Positions 49,201 to 61,476 of a stretch of DNA of 64,000 nt are shown one piece after another (position 1 is the first letter of the stretch; each line of letters starts with the position of its first letter). Source of the DNA: Amoebophrya sp. A120 (Eukaryota; Protista; Dinoflagellata). The notes beneath the pieces were generated by a model. It saw nothing but the letters and a program-made list of their open reading frames with translations. It did no database searches and had not been told where the DNA came from. The position numbers were made by a program, and so were the translations under genes. The stretch lies in the NCBI GenBank assembly GCA_905178155.1, contig CAJINV010000002.1:270354-334353 (forward strand), read 5' to 3'.

Positions 49201-52200
49201 GAACCGCGACGGAGACCACTTCTTCATCGTCAGCGAAATTTAGTGGCTGGTCGCCGGCGTGCGCCTGCGCGTTGTTGTTCCTATCATTGCGGAAGATTGC
49301 TTTGGCTTCCTCTCTGTAGTGTCGTGGGTTCATCTCCTGTTCGTGTAGTCCCCTGTCCTGCTCCTGCCGCAGACGAGAACCATGATGTAGATTTTCCACT
49401 ACAAACTGCAAGCTCAGGCCGTTTTGCCGGACTGCAGCCAGCACCAGGTCCCGGTTGCTTTCCTTCAGTTATGCATTGCAAATATGTCTGGGTCTGGAAG
49501 ACTGCATTAAATCTGTGTTGCATGAACGCCAAAAGCTGCCCAGTTCTTGCTAGGCAAAAGGCGGCTTTCTCATGCGGAGCGGCATGAGGAAGGCCTCGCA
49601 AAATCTGTGATGCTTCTGTGTGCATTCCAGACCATGTGCGTGATTCGCGAGATGCATCACAAATCTCCCAACCTTTCAGACCCAGACATATTTGCATTTG
49701 ATATCAGTCTGGCACTCGCAAATTCCAGCATCAAGCCCTCTTTCCCCACGGCCAGCAGGGCGATCTCCAAAGAGTCGCGACAGTGAACCGAACTGAACTG
49801 GAACGCTCTTGGGTTATTCCCCACTTATCAACTGTAAAAGTGGCTGGGTCTGGAAGATTGCAAGATTTGTCATGCTAGTCTGGCATGGCTCTGCACTCTG
49901 TATTCCGTGGCCACGAACAGCCTCTTTCGCCTGTCATGCAAAAACGCACTTTCTCATGCGGAATGCGCAGCAAAGAAGCACGAAAAAAACTTGTCATGCT
50001 TGGCTGCGCATTACAGCTCACCTATTGCAATTGCTCGCTGACTTGCATTACAAATTTCCAGACCCAGACATTTTTGCATTTGATACCACTGCGTGTTTCA
50101 CAATGTTGTAGTCGAGTACCGCTTATGGATTGCAAAAGTATCATTGTAGTAGAAATCGCATGACAAATTCCCTCAGCATGAGATGAAACGAAATTTGTAA
50201 TGCGGATTCACCTGAAGAAGGACATTTGTGATGCATGGCTGCGATTAATCTACAAGTGCAATGCTTTTGCAGTGGATACCGCTTCTTGCGGGAAATCGCG
50301 CAGATCGGTGGAGGACTTCATCGCCTGGTTGAGAAAATAGCTGTAATTCTGCATGTTGCTCTCGTTGTTCCCGCAAAGGCGGTGGTCCGGGACGATGGAA
50401 GATGTTGAGCTTGGTTCAGGGTCAGGTCCTGCTGCTCGCGGGGGTCTGTGGTCACTAGGGGCGCCAATATTGTGGTGGTTAGTCGTTGTACGTGTTGTAG
50501 TACCTCCATGATGTCCGCCACTGCTCACGACAATGGGAGGGCTGCTCGAAGACCCTGGCTGCATCGTCGCCGTGGCGACGACATTGTTAACAGGCGGGTC
50601 CCCGTCGCGCTGCGTAGTTGGTGGCAGGTGAGGCCGCGCAGCTCCCTGTGGAGGAGGTGCAGCTTTCTGCTGTGGTTGCGGTGCTTGCTTTGGCTGAGGG
50701 CAAGGTGGCGCTTGCTTTGGCTGTGGATGGCAAGGTGGCTTCGGCTGTGGCGAATGCTTCGGCGGCGGCGGTTGTTGTGGCTCCGGCGCTGGTGGCTTTG
50801 CAGGCGGCGGGGTGGAAGCCGAAGCAGCTGCACCACTACCACCCGGGCACGGTGGAATTGTGCCAGCACCTGTCTGCGGCGGAGGCAGCGGTGGCCTAGC
50901 AGGAGGAGGAGGTGGAATTATGTGTGCATTTACAACTCCCGGCACAACTACAGCAGCTCCTGGCGCTGCAACCTGTGATGCAGCAGCAACAGCAGCAGCA
51001 GTAGTACCACAACATGCTCGCAACTCTCCAACAACACAAAAATTCTGTTCCAGTCGAGCGATATCATGGGGGGTAAGTCTATTACTCCCTTCATCCACAA
51101 TTGTTCCTGGTCCTATTGACGCTCCGCGGGCCTCTCCACAATTCTGTTCCGCGAGAGAGGTAGAAGTAGATGAGCCTTGTCCCGCGGATGTTGAACCAAC
51201 ATCACCATTTTCACCTCCTGCGGATGTTGTTGACAATTCGTGATGCTGGTGGTTATGTGAATGTGATATCAGCTCCTGCGAAGTAGATTGCTCTACTTCA
51301 CCTCCTCCTGCCGCGGCGCCGTCCCCCACTAAAAATGGTTCCTGCAGCTGTGCTGTTCCACCGGTTGATGTCTTCGCGGCGGAAGGGGCTGCAGACGCAC
51401 GACACGATGACGCAGCAGCAGAATGTTCTTGGCTACTACCAGAATGTTCTTGGCTACTACCAGAATTAGGTCCTTGGATACTACCAGGAGCAGCGCCAGG
51501 TGGTGTTGTACCACCACGACCCACGAAGATGTTCTTGTCACCACCAGCAGGAGCTGCTGCGTCACTGCTGCTACTTCCACTAGGAGAACGAGAAATGGTG
51601 AAGTTGCAGTTCCTGGAAAAACTCCATGGTCGTGATGTAGTTGCAGCTCCTGGAGGATGAACCACGCTTGTTCTACTTCGCACTGGTGAGCAGTTGTCCA
51701 TGGGTCGATCGACAAATAAGGGAACAGTAGAGTCGACTACGTTGTCCCTGTCCGCCGGCCAGCTCCATGTTGTCGTATCCGGCTCTGCCGGCTCATCTGC
51801 GGGATCGTACTTGTATGGAACAATCCCCACTTCTGTGACCGGATTTGCCCTCCGTCCATCCGACTGTGGGCGCATCCACCAGAGCTGCTGTTTCGGTGTT
51901 GCCGTTGTGATTGAAGGGCTATCTCCTGCTTCCGCATCTTGAAGTTCCACTGGAGAACGAGCTGCGGTACGAGGACCAGTGGCAGGTCGTTCCGGGGGAC
52001 TACAAGAGGGGTCGGTTCCATCTTTTGAAGCTGCCCACTCGAGGACGCGGCACGTTGTAACATCTTTTGAATCTTCCCGGGTTGCAACGTCATCTTCGAC
52101 CAGCTTTTGAAGCGCACTCGAGGAGGGCAGGCAGTAGATACAACCGGGCAGTACCTCTTCCTGAAGGACGCAGGGAGCTCCTCCTCCTGCAGATGGTCGT

Positions 52201-55200
52201 TCTAGAGCCGCAGGAGCTGCGTCCTGCTCCGGGGGAGCTGGCGAGCATTTTTTCTGCTTTTCTTCTACTGTCGTCGTTTTGATGTTCTTGTGCACAACAT
52301 CTACTAGCTCTTCTTCCACCGGTGGATCATTTTGATCTAGAGAAGAAAGTTCCACCAAAGATGGAGCTGTGGCACAAGGACCAGCGGCAGGTCGTGTCGG
52401 AGTAGAGGACACGACTTGTGGTCCTCTGGCCATGCACCAGCGGCGCAGGTTTGCGCGGCATATTTCTGTAGTCGCGTTCTTTGCGCCGCCTATTTCTGCA
52501 GTTCTTGTGTAAAAATCCGGCGGCCGCTCCTGCAAGTCGGCGTCATCGTCCACACGAGAACAACCGGCCCCAAGAACTTCGTGCCCAACAAGCGCAGGAG
52601 AGCAAGACTCGTCCTTCTGCGCGTGGTGAAGAACAACTTCGTGCTCATCAGGCACAGGAGTAGAAGAGCACGCAACGTCTCGGTTTTTACTATTATCCCC
52701 AACTACAACTTCCGGAGTCGCCGGCGGGACGGTCGGAGGGCCTCGAATGGTTGCTCTCCTGTGACGGGGCATCAGCAGCACTCTCTCATTGTAGTCTGTC
52801 AAAGCGGCGCGAAATTGCAGTATCTCTGCTGCGCGTTCTCTCTCTTCGCGGACGTGGTTACAACAGCGAGAAAAAGGAGCATGACCACGGGCATTTCTTT
52901 ATCCTGAGCAAAAACGTACCCACACCAGAGTCAAGATGGTAAATCTGCTAGACAAATCAACCAGCTTTGGCTGTTTCGCATGACAAGTTTGTCCTTGTAA
53001 TGTAATCCTGTTTAGGTAGTTCAGCAGCATCACAGGTCTAGCATATGATGCTCATTATAGCATCACAAATCCCAAAACACGATTAGAAAATGCCTTTCAT
53101 GGGGCTCAGCATGAGAAACTTTTTTGGCATGCAGATTTGCATTACAACTCTGGGGTGGGTACGTTTTTACTCAGGATATTCTTGGCGCAGCAGCCGCTGC
53201 TGCTGGTCCAATCCAGGCATCGGTTACCGGAAATATATGGAACTGTCAGGTTTGAAATCGTCAAAGTTGAAATAGTTTGTCATGCATAAAATGCAACACA
53301 GAAAATGCCTCTCTTGCAGAGTAGGCAAGGGAAGCAGATTGTCAGCCTGTTTCGGGGTAGAAATAGAGCTGCTAAAGTAGCACGACAAAAGGCGTCTTCC
53401 TTACCCAAACAGCATGACAAATTGGATTCCGGTGCTCCGAAAATTTGTCATGCGCTGCTTGGAAATTGGTCTTCCAACTGGTATCCATTTTATGCATGAC
53501 AAATCATTTCAACTTTGTCGATTTCGATCCTGACACTCCCATAAAATAAATATGCAGGTTTAATAGGAAGCAATAAAGCTGCACTATCGACGGGTTTTGG
53601 TATTTATAGGAGTATCAATCGCATCAGAATTTACGTAAGCTATTCTTGGTGTTCAAAAATGCAATTTGCGTGATGTAGTCACGCTGAACAATATGACATA
53701 GTAAGAATGCAGAAGTTTTTAGTCGCAGTATATGCAATTTGATGTCGGAGTTGTATCCAACTACGATAGAAGACTTTACTGTTTCTCAGCATGTAGTTCG
53801 ATAACAAGTCTCCAAGCGGGCAGGCCCCTGCTTCACCTTCATCCGGATCGCGTATTGTCTCAGTAATGGTGGATTCATCTCTCGGGTACCGCTCAGGCAG
53901 TTTTTTCGACATCAGGTTACTCCAAATCATCTTTATTTTTTCCTGGTTGTCATGGTTGATTAAATCAAGCATTCCAGTTGGAGCTTCTCCTTCACGACCA
54001 CCTGAAGCAGGCGCGGCTGATGCAGACGAGGCTGATGCAGATCTGATGCAGCTGTCCTCCGGTACTGTGTCATTTTTCCGTGGTTGTACAACAAGGCTTT
54101 TGTCGTCGGGCTCAGGTCATCACATGCAAAAGTGTCTGGGTCTGGAAAAGTGCAACGTTTGTCATACACGTTTTGCATGATGCGTGAGGCCTGTGATGCA
54201 TGCCCTAGCATCACAGATTCTGTGAGATCGTTACCATGCCTTTTCCGCATGAGAAACTGCCTCTCGGCATTCTCACAAGTGATCAGCTTTATTGGTAATC
54301 ATGCAACACAGATTTTTGTATGATTCAGATTTAGCATGGCAAGTTCCACTCTTCCGGACCCAGACATATTTGCAATGCATACAGGTATTTCGTTTCCGCT
54401 GTACAAGGCTTTTGTCGTGTCGTGGTACAAGGCGTTGGTGTTCGTTTTAAGCAAGCACGTAGTTGATCCCTCGTCGGTGTGGTGAAGATCAGGCTGTGTC
54501 TTATGGTCCTCCTCCGCGTCCGCACGCCCGGACCACGATGAACAGGCGGCGGCCAACGTCAAGCCCTCGTCTTTTTCTTCTTCCACCTCTTCTCGACCTC
54601 CTTGCACATCAAGACCTGGCTTATTCCCTCTCCAACTCGTCGCACTCAGTTTTTTTCCCTTGCTTTGTGGAAAGTGCAATGTTGCCGACCCCTTCCTTGT
54701 TCTTTCCCTTTCCCCCGGGAGGACATTAATAGGACGGCGGTCCCATTTCAAGGACCACGACGGGGGTCGGCTGCGGCGCTGTTGCTGTTCTGCTGGTACA
54801 TCAACCTTAGACACCGGGTTTTTTTTGTTCGTCTTCTTGGTCTTCGGCGGGGACTTGGACTTCTGCTCGGAACTGATCATATGGGGTTCATCACAAATAA
54901 CTTGTTGCCCGCAGGAGATAGAGCCAGCAGCAGCAACAGACTTTGTTTGCACTAAAGTTATTTCTGGCTCAACAACAGCAACATCCTCCGCTTGATGTAG
55001 ATGTAGTCCTGCATGATTCTCGTCCACACGAGCATCTATTTCGGCTTGTTGTTCGACTAAGTCGGTCGGCGAAGTTGTACTGGAATTTGAGTAAAAATTG
55101 TCCTCACCTCCTGCAGCAGTTGCACAGGTCGACGTCGAGCCATCGTCCTCTGCCTCATCTCGTCTGGGAGGTTGCTGCATCTGCGGCTTTTGGTTCATTT

Positions 55201-56765
55201 TTTGTTCCCCATGAGCACGGCCTGCTGGACCACACGCCTTCTGAACATGAGTAGAATTATGATGGTCAACATTTAATATTTCGTGCTGTAGAAGGTGGTC
55301 ATCATCGCTTCGAAGAGGGCGTGGTTCTTCGTCGTCTTCAAGTTCATCACGAACTATAGCGTCAGAGGTCGTGCAGGGAACTTCGTCTACCGCGGTCTGC
55401 TCTCTAGTACTCGTACGACCCGGCGCGGTCGGGCAGCGGCCAGGAGCAGGTGTAGCTGCTTCTAAGGAGATCGAACCTGCAGAAGAGCTGGATGAAGAAC
55501 TTCTACAGGGGGTCGTCGGCGAAGCAGGTATAGTTGGGGGTTCTGCTTCGACTCTACTTTCGTCTTTCACGACGACCGGGCCAAGGACTCGTTGTGCCGC
55601 CTTATCTATGCATTGCAAAAGTATCGTACTCGCATAAATGCATTACAAATTTCTTGAGCATGAGAAATAAAATTTGTAATGCGGATTTACTTTCAGAAAA
55701 AAATTTGTAATGCATGATTGCAATTACTACGAGTACGATACTTTTGCACAGGATATCATCCTCTTCCCCCTTTTCTTCCTCGCCGCCGCCACTGCTATCG
55801 AAAAATTCCAAGGGGGATAAAATACTCCTCCTTCTGGAACGAAGGTTTTGCTTTTGTCTAGTACTGCCCCTGCTTGTAGGTGTTTTCGAGGTGATGGTGG
55901 TGGAGGCGCTGTCGGTAGTAGAGTTTTTGGCTTTTATTTCTTGTTCGCTTATTTTTTCGTCTTGATGATGTTCCTGCAAAGGAGGTGAAGATGAACTAGA
56001 ACTACTCGAACTCATCGAGGGGCTCCCAGCATAATTACGAGCCACGTGGGGTTGCTGCCCCTGGTCCATCCCATTGTCCTCCTCGCTGTTCACCTTATTT
56101 TTCTTGTCCCTGCTTTGCTTGTTTTCCACTTTCCTGGCCCTTCTCTCGATGTCGCAGCTCCTTGGGTGGAGCGTTTGGAGGTCCTCCTCGTCGTTGTCCG
56201 ATATGTAATAGCTGGCTTCTTCTGCTCCTGCTGCTCTGAGTTTTTTCTTTTTCACGCCCGCTGGTTTTGGCGATTGCAGCCTGGTTGCGGATGCGAACAG
56301 TGAGGACTTCGTACTGATACTTCTGTAATTTGGTCGCCGTGAGGAGGTGGACCACCAAGTTGTGATCGTATTTTCAGCCACGACCCCGGAGGACCAGCAC
56401 CCAGCGGGATTACAGGAGAGCCGGTCGCCGTGAGTCCGACTCCGAACTGGTATCGAAGTAGGCGCATCAAGTCCTAAAAATATTCGTGTTCCGGCAGAAG
56501 TACTGGTCGTGTGCTCGGTAGTTGGGTGCCAACGTCGTGCAGATTCCGATTTTTTCAAGAGCTTAATACAGAAGTCACCAACCGTGGTCCTCTCATCTGC
56601 CTCTCCTTGCCCAAGCAGTAGTTCTAGTTCATCGTCCACTGTACAGAAATAACTGTTGCAGATGAATTGTTGATCCTCGAATACGGTTGTGTTGTTAAAG
56701 AGGAGAAGGAACAGTAGCGCCGCCTGGATCCGTCTGAAAACCGGGTAGTTGTCGACGATCAACAT
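46268..56765 (-). CDS. ~2,520-aa single-pass membrane protein with DUF4116-like repeats; 12 introner introns
   Basis: Exons 56765-55756, 55601-54382, 54112-53745, 53600-53549, 53235-53184, 52899-50279, 50118-50086, 49820-49704, 49464-49171, 48912-48372, 48080-48012, 47744-46838, 46552-46268. Repeats DSLEIALLAVGKEGLMLEFAS, NRDLVLAAVRQNGLSLQFV, DEEVVSVAVQQTGMALEFAS; TM AFVVIGAVLFLAGIFVAVLLL. The 53601-53744 junction is the only uncertain one (could be two genes). Confidence 0.8.
46558..46837. mobile_element. TIR introner, family A
   Basis: TSD gagtt. Confidence 0.94.
47750..48011. mobile_element. TIR introner, family B
   Basis: TSD tagaa. Confidence 0.95.
48086..48371. mobile_element. TIR introner, family A
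   Basis: TSD atcgc. Confidence 0.95.
48918..49170. mobile_element. TIR introner, family B-type
   Basis: TSD acgcg. Confidence 0.95.
49470..49703. mobile_element. TIR introner, family B
   Basis: TSD tcagt. Confidence 0.95.
49826..50085. mobile_element. TIR introner, family B-type
   Basis: TSD ccact. Confidence 0.95.
50124..50278. mobile_element. TIR introner, family C
   Basis: TSD ccgct. Confidence 0.94.
52900..53178. mobile_element. TIR introner, family A
   Basis: TSD ttctt. Confidence 0.96.
53236..53543. mobile_element. TIR introner, family D
   Basis: tatggaactgtcaggtttgaaatcg / cgatttcgatcctgacactcccata; TSD aaata. Confidence 0.93.
53601..53744. other. Probable decayed introner
   Basis: AT-rich 144-nt segment containing stops, between two same-frame open regions; weak termini. 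Confidence 0.45.
54118..54381. mobile_element. TIR introner, family B (opposite orientation to 47750)
   Basis: TSD caggt. Confidence 0.95.
55607..55755. mobile_element. TIR introner, family C
   Basis: Direct repeat ttatc/tcatc. Confidence 0.95.
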
Positions 56766-58887
56766 TGTCGCGAGGTGAACGACCTGTGGGGCCGCTAGTA
56801 AGTACTACCGCTTACCACGTCGATTGAAGACGCCATCATCGTCTTTTCCCTCACGTTCGCCCCACCGGCGCGGCTCTGATGATTCCTCTTGAAAATCGCT
56901 TGTAGTTCGTCCTCCCCGAAGGTGTCGGCTGACTCATGGTATCGTCGAAAAAAGCCTTAATATGGCCCGGCATAAATTTTTCTTTGTCAGTACTTATATA
57001 AGATTACACGAGGTGAATCAATAGCGCGGATGCTGTTCTGCAATGGACATCTGCGTAAACTAGGGTCGTATCATATAAAGGCAAAGAGTGCCCCCTTCTG
57101 TAGCGTTTTCGTTTTGTCTGTCTAGAAAGGTTTTTTTAGTGTCGAGCAAGCGATTTCTTTTTGTTTATATAGTTTTCTTGATGTAGATGCCGTAGTTAGT
57201 GCTGATTTATACTATTCGGTAGAAATTATCCGCCTTAACAAATTTCATATCACAATATTCGCGATCAAGTATGGAGTGACCACTGATTAGTTTCTTCCTA
57301 TTGATGTTGTGTTTAACGAGTTATAATTAAGGGAAAGTACGCAGTTCCTCACTTTCCACCCGAGGTATTACAGTCCAACCGTGCCGGCTGGTAGTTCGTC
57401 TTTTTCATCTCCCCCGGGGGGTGCAAATAATGTGTAGGTGTCATGTTGACACAACAGAGGCGGCCCATATTGGAGTAATATAATTCTACACTAAAAGCAT
57501 CTATTACTACTGTATTAAAAACGATATACGAATAGTAACTACGACTAACCACTGTGCCGGTCCGGAAGAAGTCAAATTTTGAAAAAAAGAAAAGAGCACG
57601 CGCTTTCTGCGAAACAACACCTCACAATTTTCGCCACGAGTCTGTTGAGCAGAGATCTTCACAGCGTTGGATTTGGACCACCGTAGCTTTGTTCTCGGAA
57701 CTTCTACGTAGGAACGCCTCAGAGCAGTAGACCACCGGGCGATCCTGCCAACCCGTTCTTCTGCAATCTGCCACGACAACGTCTTTCTAGAAGATCAAAG
57801 GAACAAAAATGTCGGCGGAGATCAAAGCTTACTCCGCCGGCATTATGTGGCGGAACCGCCCACAATTGTGCGGATCTCATGATCTCGATGTTGAAGATGC
57901 ACATTTTCAGGTAAACTGGTTTGAGCAGGACCTGTATGTGTACAAATAGAGAACGTTTTGGGATCGTGTGTTTTTCCCACTGCCGATAAGGCACAAAAAT
58001 AGCAGATCTGCGTTGAACTTGTTTCAAAGAACGAAATTTGTAAACCGGCCCATGCTGTGATAGAGCCCTGGTTTTATGTCAATCTCACGACAAGCGGCGA
58101 CTATACCGTGGTAGTTTGCATTTCTAACATATCATTACGTAAAAGCCACGATCATGCTCGAAATTAAAAGAACATTTTGATTTTCTATACCAAGCTATTA
58201 AGACACTGTGAAGTCAAATTTGATCAAAAAACCACTTCACCCGCCTTTGCTTGAAAAAAAAGCCGCAAAAGGAAGACAATTGCGATCTTGAGGGAGACAC
58301 GAAAATTGCATTTATGCGTGAAGGCCACAAAAGGTAGCCCTTTGGGCGTCCAGGAGTATTTTTCTTGAAATTAAAATGATAATTGACATTTGCGTTTGTA
58401 AAGATAGCTAGCACCCGCAAAACATCGTACTTAGCGGCGCCTCTAACATGAGCATAATCCTTAAAGCGGTTCCTTGTTTCTCGTCGTTGTTGAAAAGGCA
58501 GACGAACGAATGAAACTCGCTGCTGACACACGATTTTTCTTCAATTTCGAAACTAAGCACGCACCTCCTCCCCGCGAAAAACGAAGAGGAACGCCGCGAA
58601 TTTTCCGTCGGCGAAACAGGAAGAAACCCTGCGCAAATAGTAGAGGATTTGCGTTGACCCAGCACGGAAAAGTTGGCGAAGCGCGCCGCTTTCCTGTGCC
58701 CACCACGGATCGAAAGATAACCTCCATCTCGTCGGACCACCCTAAGCCGCTCTGATTTCCGCCCCAATAGACACCAACCGCCCGGCGCCCCGTACGATCC
58801 AGATCCCGCGAGCGAGCAGGGCGTGCGTTGGCACCCACTTTCATCTTTCCACGAAGCGGTGGAGATAGGAACCTGGTCCCCAAGATA

Positions 58888-59313
58888 AATCCGCGAAATT
58901 TGAAAATTTTATCTTTATTGCTGTGTGGGACAAATAGAAAAAAACGGAATTAGCCTGACAACAGAGGCGTATCGATTCAAGAGTTCCAAAAGGCATTGCA
59001 CATACACACAAATGCACTAATACATCCTGATATCCTGTATTTTGATTGAAAAAATTAAAATTTTATTTTTGTTCAACTTGAAAATCCGCGAAATTTTAAA
59101 ATTTTATTTTTATTGGAAGGAAACAAAAGCCGCAATCTGCATCACACATACCTGGCGCTGATGTTCACACAATGAAAACCGCCTGACAACATCCAGTAAT
59201 ATCGCTCCAAGCAATATTCCTTGGACCTTTTCTTTATAGAATCCGCGAAATTTCAAAATTTTATTTTTATTTCCTTCGAAAATCCGCGAATTTTCAAAAT
59301 TTTATTTTTATTG
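58888..59313. repeat. Four spaced copies of a ~33-bp AT-rich motif
   Basis: aatccgcgaaatttNaaaattttatttttatt at ~58888, 59082, 59240, 59280. Confidence 0.9.
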
Positions 59314-60489
59314 GCGACGCATTCTCTTTTCCACAAACAAACATAAAATCCCAGCTCTTTGTCTTACAGCGACCGTCCACTCCCCTAGACCGGCCCCAAC
59401 CCAGTGGCCCCAGAAGATCTTGTCCTTCGTCGCAGCAATCCACCCTCGTGAATGATGCGCCGCACGATGCTCTGATGGATCGTACTTTCCCCGGCGATCA
59501 TACCGTCGCGTATCACATTATTCTGCATGGTATACTACTAGAGGATGATCTTTTCGAAAATAAGTGGCAGTTTGGTTTGCACGGCGCGATCATACACATC
59601 CTCCTTCTGAAATGCACGTTTACAAACACCTTCCTTTCGTCAAAGATCATAGTGGAACACCAGCTCTCGTCGCTCTCGGCACTGCGATTAGCGACACAGC
59701 GCTTTTCAGAAGATCTAGGGCGATACCCTCAGGTAGAAGCTCCTTGTGCAGCCCATAATGTTCTTGTGTACAACAGTTCATGAGAATTGTGGTGGTGCGG
59801 TTCGATGGTGATGGAGAGTTTTCTTCTTTTTTGTAGTTTCAGCAGTCAAAATGCTATTATACAGGTGCGATGCTCTTTATAAGAAACTGTTTAGATTTTT
59901 TCGCAGACGAGCACTTTTAAGCTGTTGGGCCACCAAGTCCTCGTGGTGACCCATTTAACTCACAATTGTGCTCACAGTTCGTTTTTCGTTTTCGCAAAAT
60001 AGGCCGTGCGTAACCTTCATCTCTGTGTATCCGACGTACAAATACGGCGTGACGTCATTTTTTTCAATTTGAAATTTGCTTTAGAGCTAATTGGTTTTGG
60101 TGTAATGTATTCTTTAACTTGATAAAAACTAAAACGCGGCGAAAAAAAATCGCGGTCCTTCTTCCCCCGGTTGCTGCTGCAGAGCGTCGATTTGCCCCTT
60201 CTACGGCCTCCACGTATCACCAAACAGCACCTAGAATCTCCATCAGCTCATAGGGTATTTCCTTTAGAAACAGAGTTCTGTATCGTAGGGAAGAAAACAA
60301 AAAGCAAAAGTCACTCCAACTCGTCGTGTCTTGCATCATAGCTAAACGAGCTTTTTGCCATGCTGGCGCCAATGCATGGATAAACATCTGCGCTTTGGTT
60401 TCTTGATGCATGGAAGACAAATCACTTGTTTTATGATACGCTTGTTGTAAAAGCAGGTTCCTTACAAGGGATACGGTGGTGGCGAGCAG

Positions 60490-61205
60490 ATGGCGCTCTC
60501 TGTTGATCGGGGACCGCATGTGTTCGAAAACACGCAGTGGATGCAGCATGCGGCGGCGGCTGCATTGGCGCACTCTGGCGGGCAGTTTGTTGCGACTGGC
60601 GACAGGCAGCAGCTGAAGAACGTGCAACAAATGCAGGTCGCGACGTTCGGGTTATTTAAGTGCCTGCAAATCCAGAACGTTGGCGGGTATCGCTATCGCC
60701 TGGCGTGCGGGTCGAAACCACACATGACTTATGCATTGCAAATATGTCTGGGTCTGGAAGAATGCAGGAGTTTGTCATGCAGATTTTGCATGACCAGCTA
60801 TAGGGTTTGTGATGCCTGCCCTAACGCCAGAGATTCTGCGAGGGCTTTCTGATGCTCATACCGCATGGGAAATGCCCTCTCCACATATCAAAAATCGGAC
60901 GTCTTTTGCTGTTCATGCAATACAGATTTATTGTAGAATCCAAATCCAGCATCACCAGCTGTATCCTTCCAGACCCAGACATATTTGCACTGGATATGGA
61001 TTCGGTGTCGCTGCAAATCAGCTGGAAGTACCTCATACAGCAGAACTCATCCAGAAACCAATCGAGGAAGCAAGGTATGGAAAATAAATTGAGCTCGTTT
61101 ATTTTGAACAAATCTGATTGTCGCCACGTGGAAAAATGCCTTCGCTCCTATTTCTCGTTTTCTCTTCTCTCTAGATTAGTCTCGAAGCAGCGAGGACTAC
61201 GTTAA
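60490..61205 (+). pseudogene. Possible SF1 helicase-like fragment interrupted by an introner
   Basis: SVDRG...FVATGDRQQL resembles motifs II-III; frame continues after removing 60730-61001. Confidence 0.35.
60730..60996. mobile_element. TIR element, family B
   Basis: Family B TIRs; direct repeat decayed (tgact/tggat). Confidence 0.9.
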
Positions 61206-61476
61206 AAGCATTCGGCGCACTACGTTTTTTACAAGATGCAAAGCACTACATCACATGACAAACTCGACGTTTGGGCGCAGCTTGTTCTTCAAAAAGCTCG
61301 TTTATTCTTCCTCCGCATAAAACAGTCTCGTGGCGTCGGATTTCGTTTTTTATGGAAAGGAAAAATCATAGACGAGAGAGCTACAAAAGGAGATGAAAGT
61401 TGTCGGTGTTTGCATAAACTACCCAAAGAATTTCGGTTTCAGCACGTTCGTACAGCTTTTAAAAAGGAGAGAATTG

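Noticed and set aside
46268-56765. Alternative genetic code or stop read-through to explain fragmented ORFs
   Set aside because: The stops lie inside the inserted elements; the standard code works once they are removed.
58888-59313. CRISPR-like array
   Set aside because: Spacers are very unequal (about 8-160 bp), there are no cas genes, and the context is eukaryotic.
996-61087. Recurrent ORF peptides such as FQTQTFLHLI, MSGSG, PDPDIF and KNVPTPES as a protein family
   Set aside because: They are translations of the introner TIRs, not genes.
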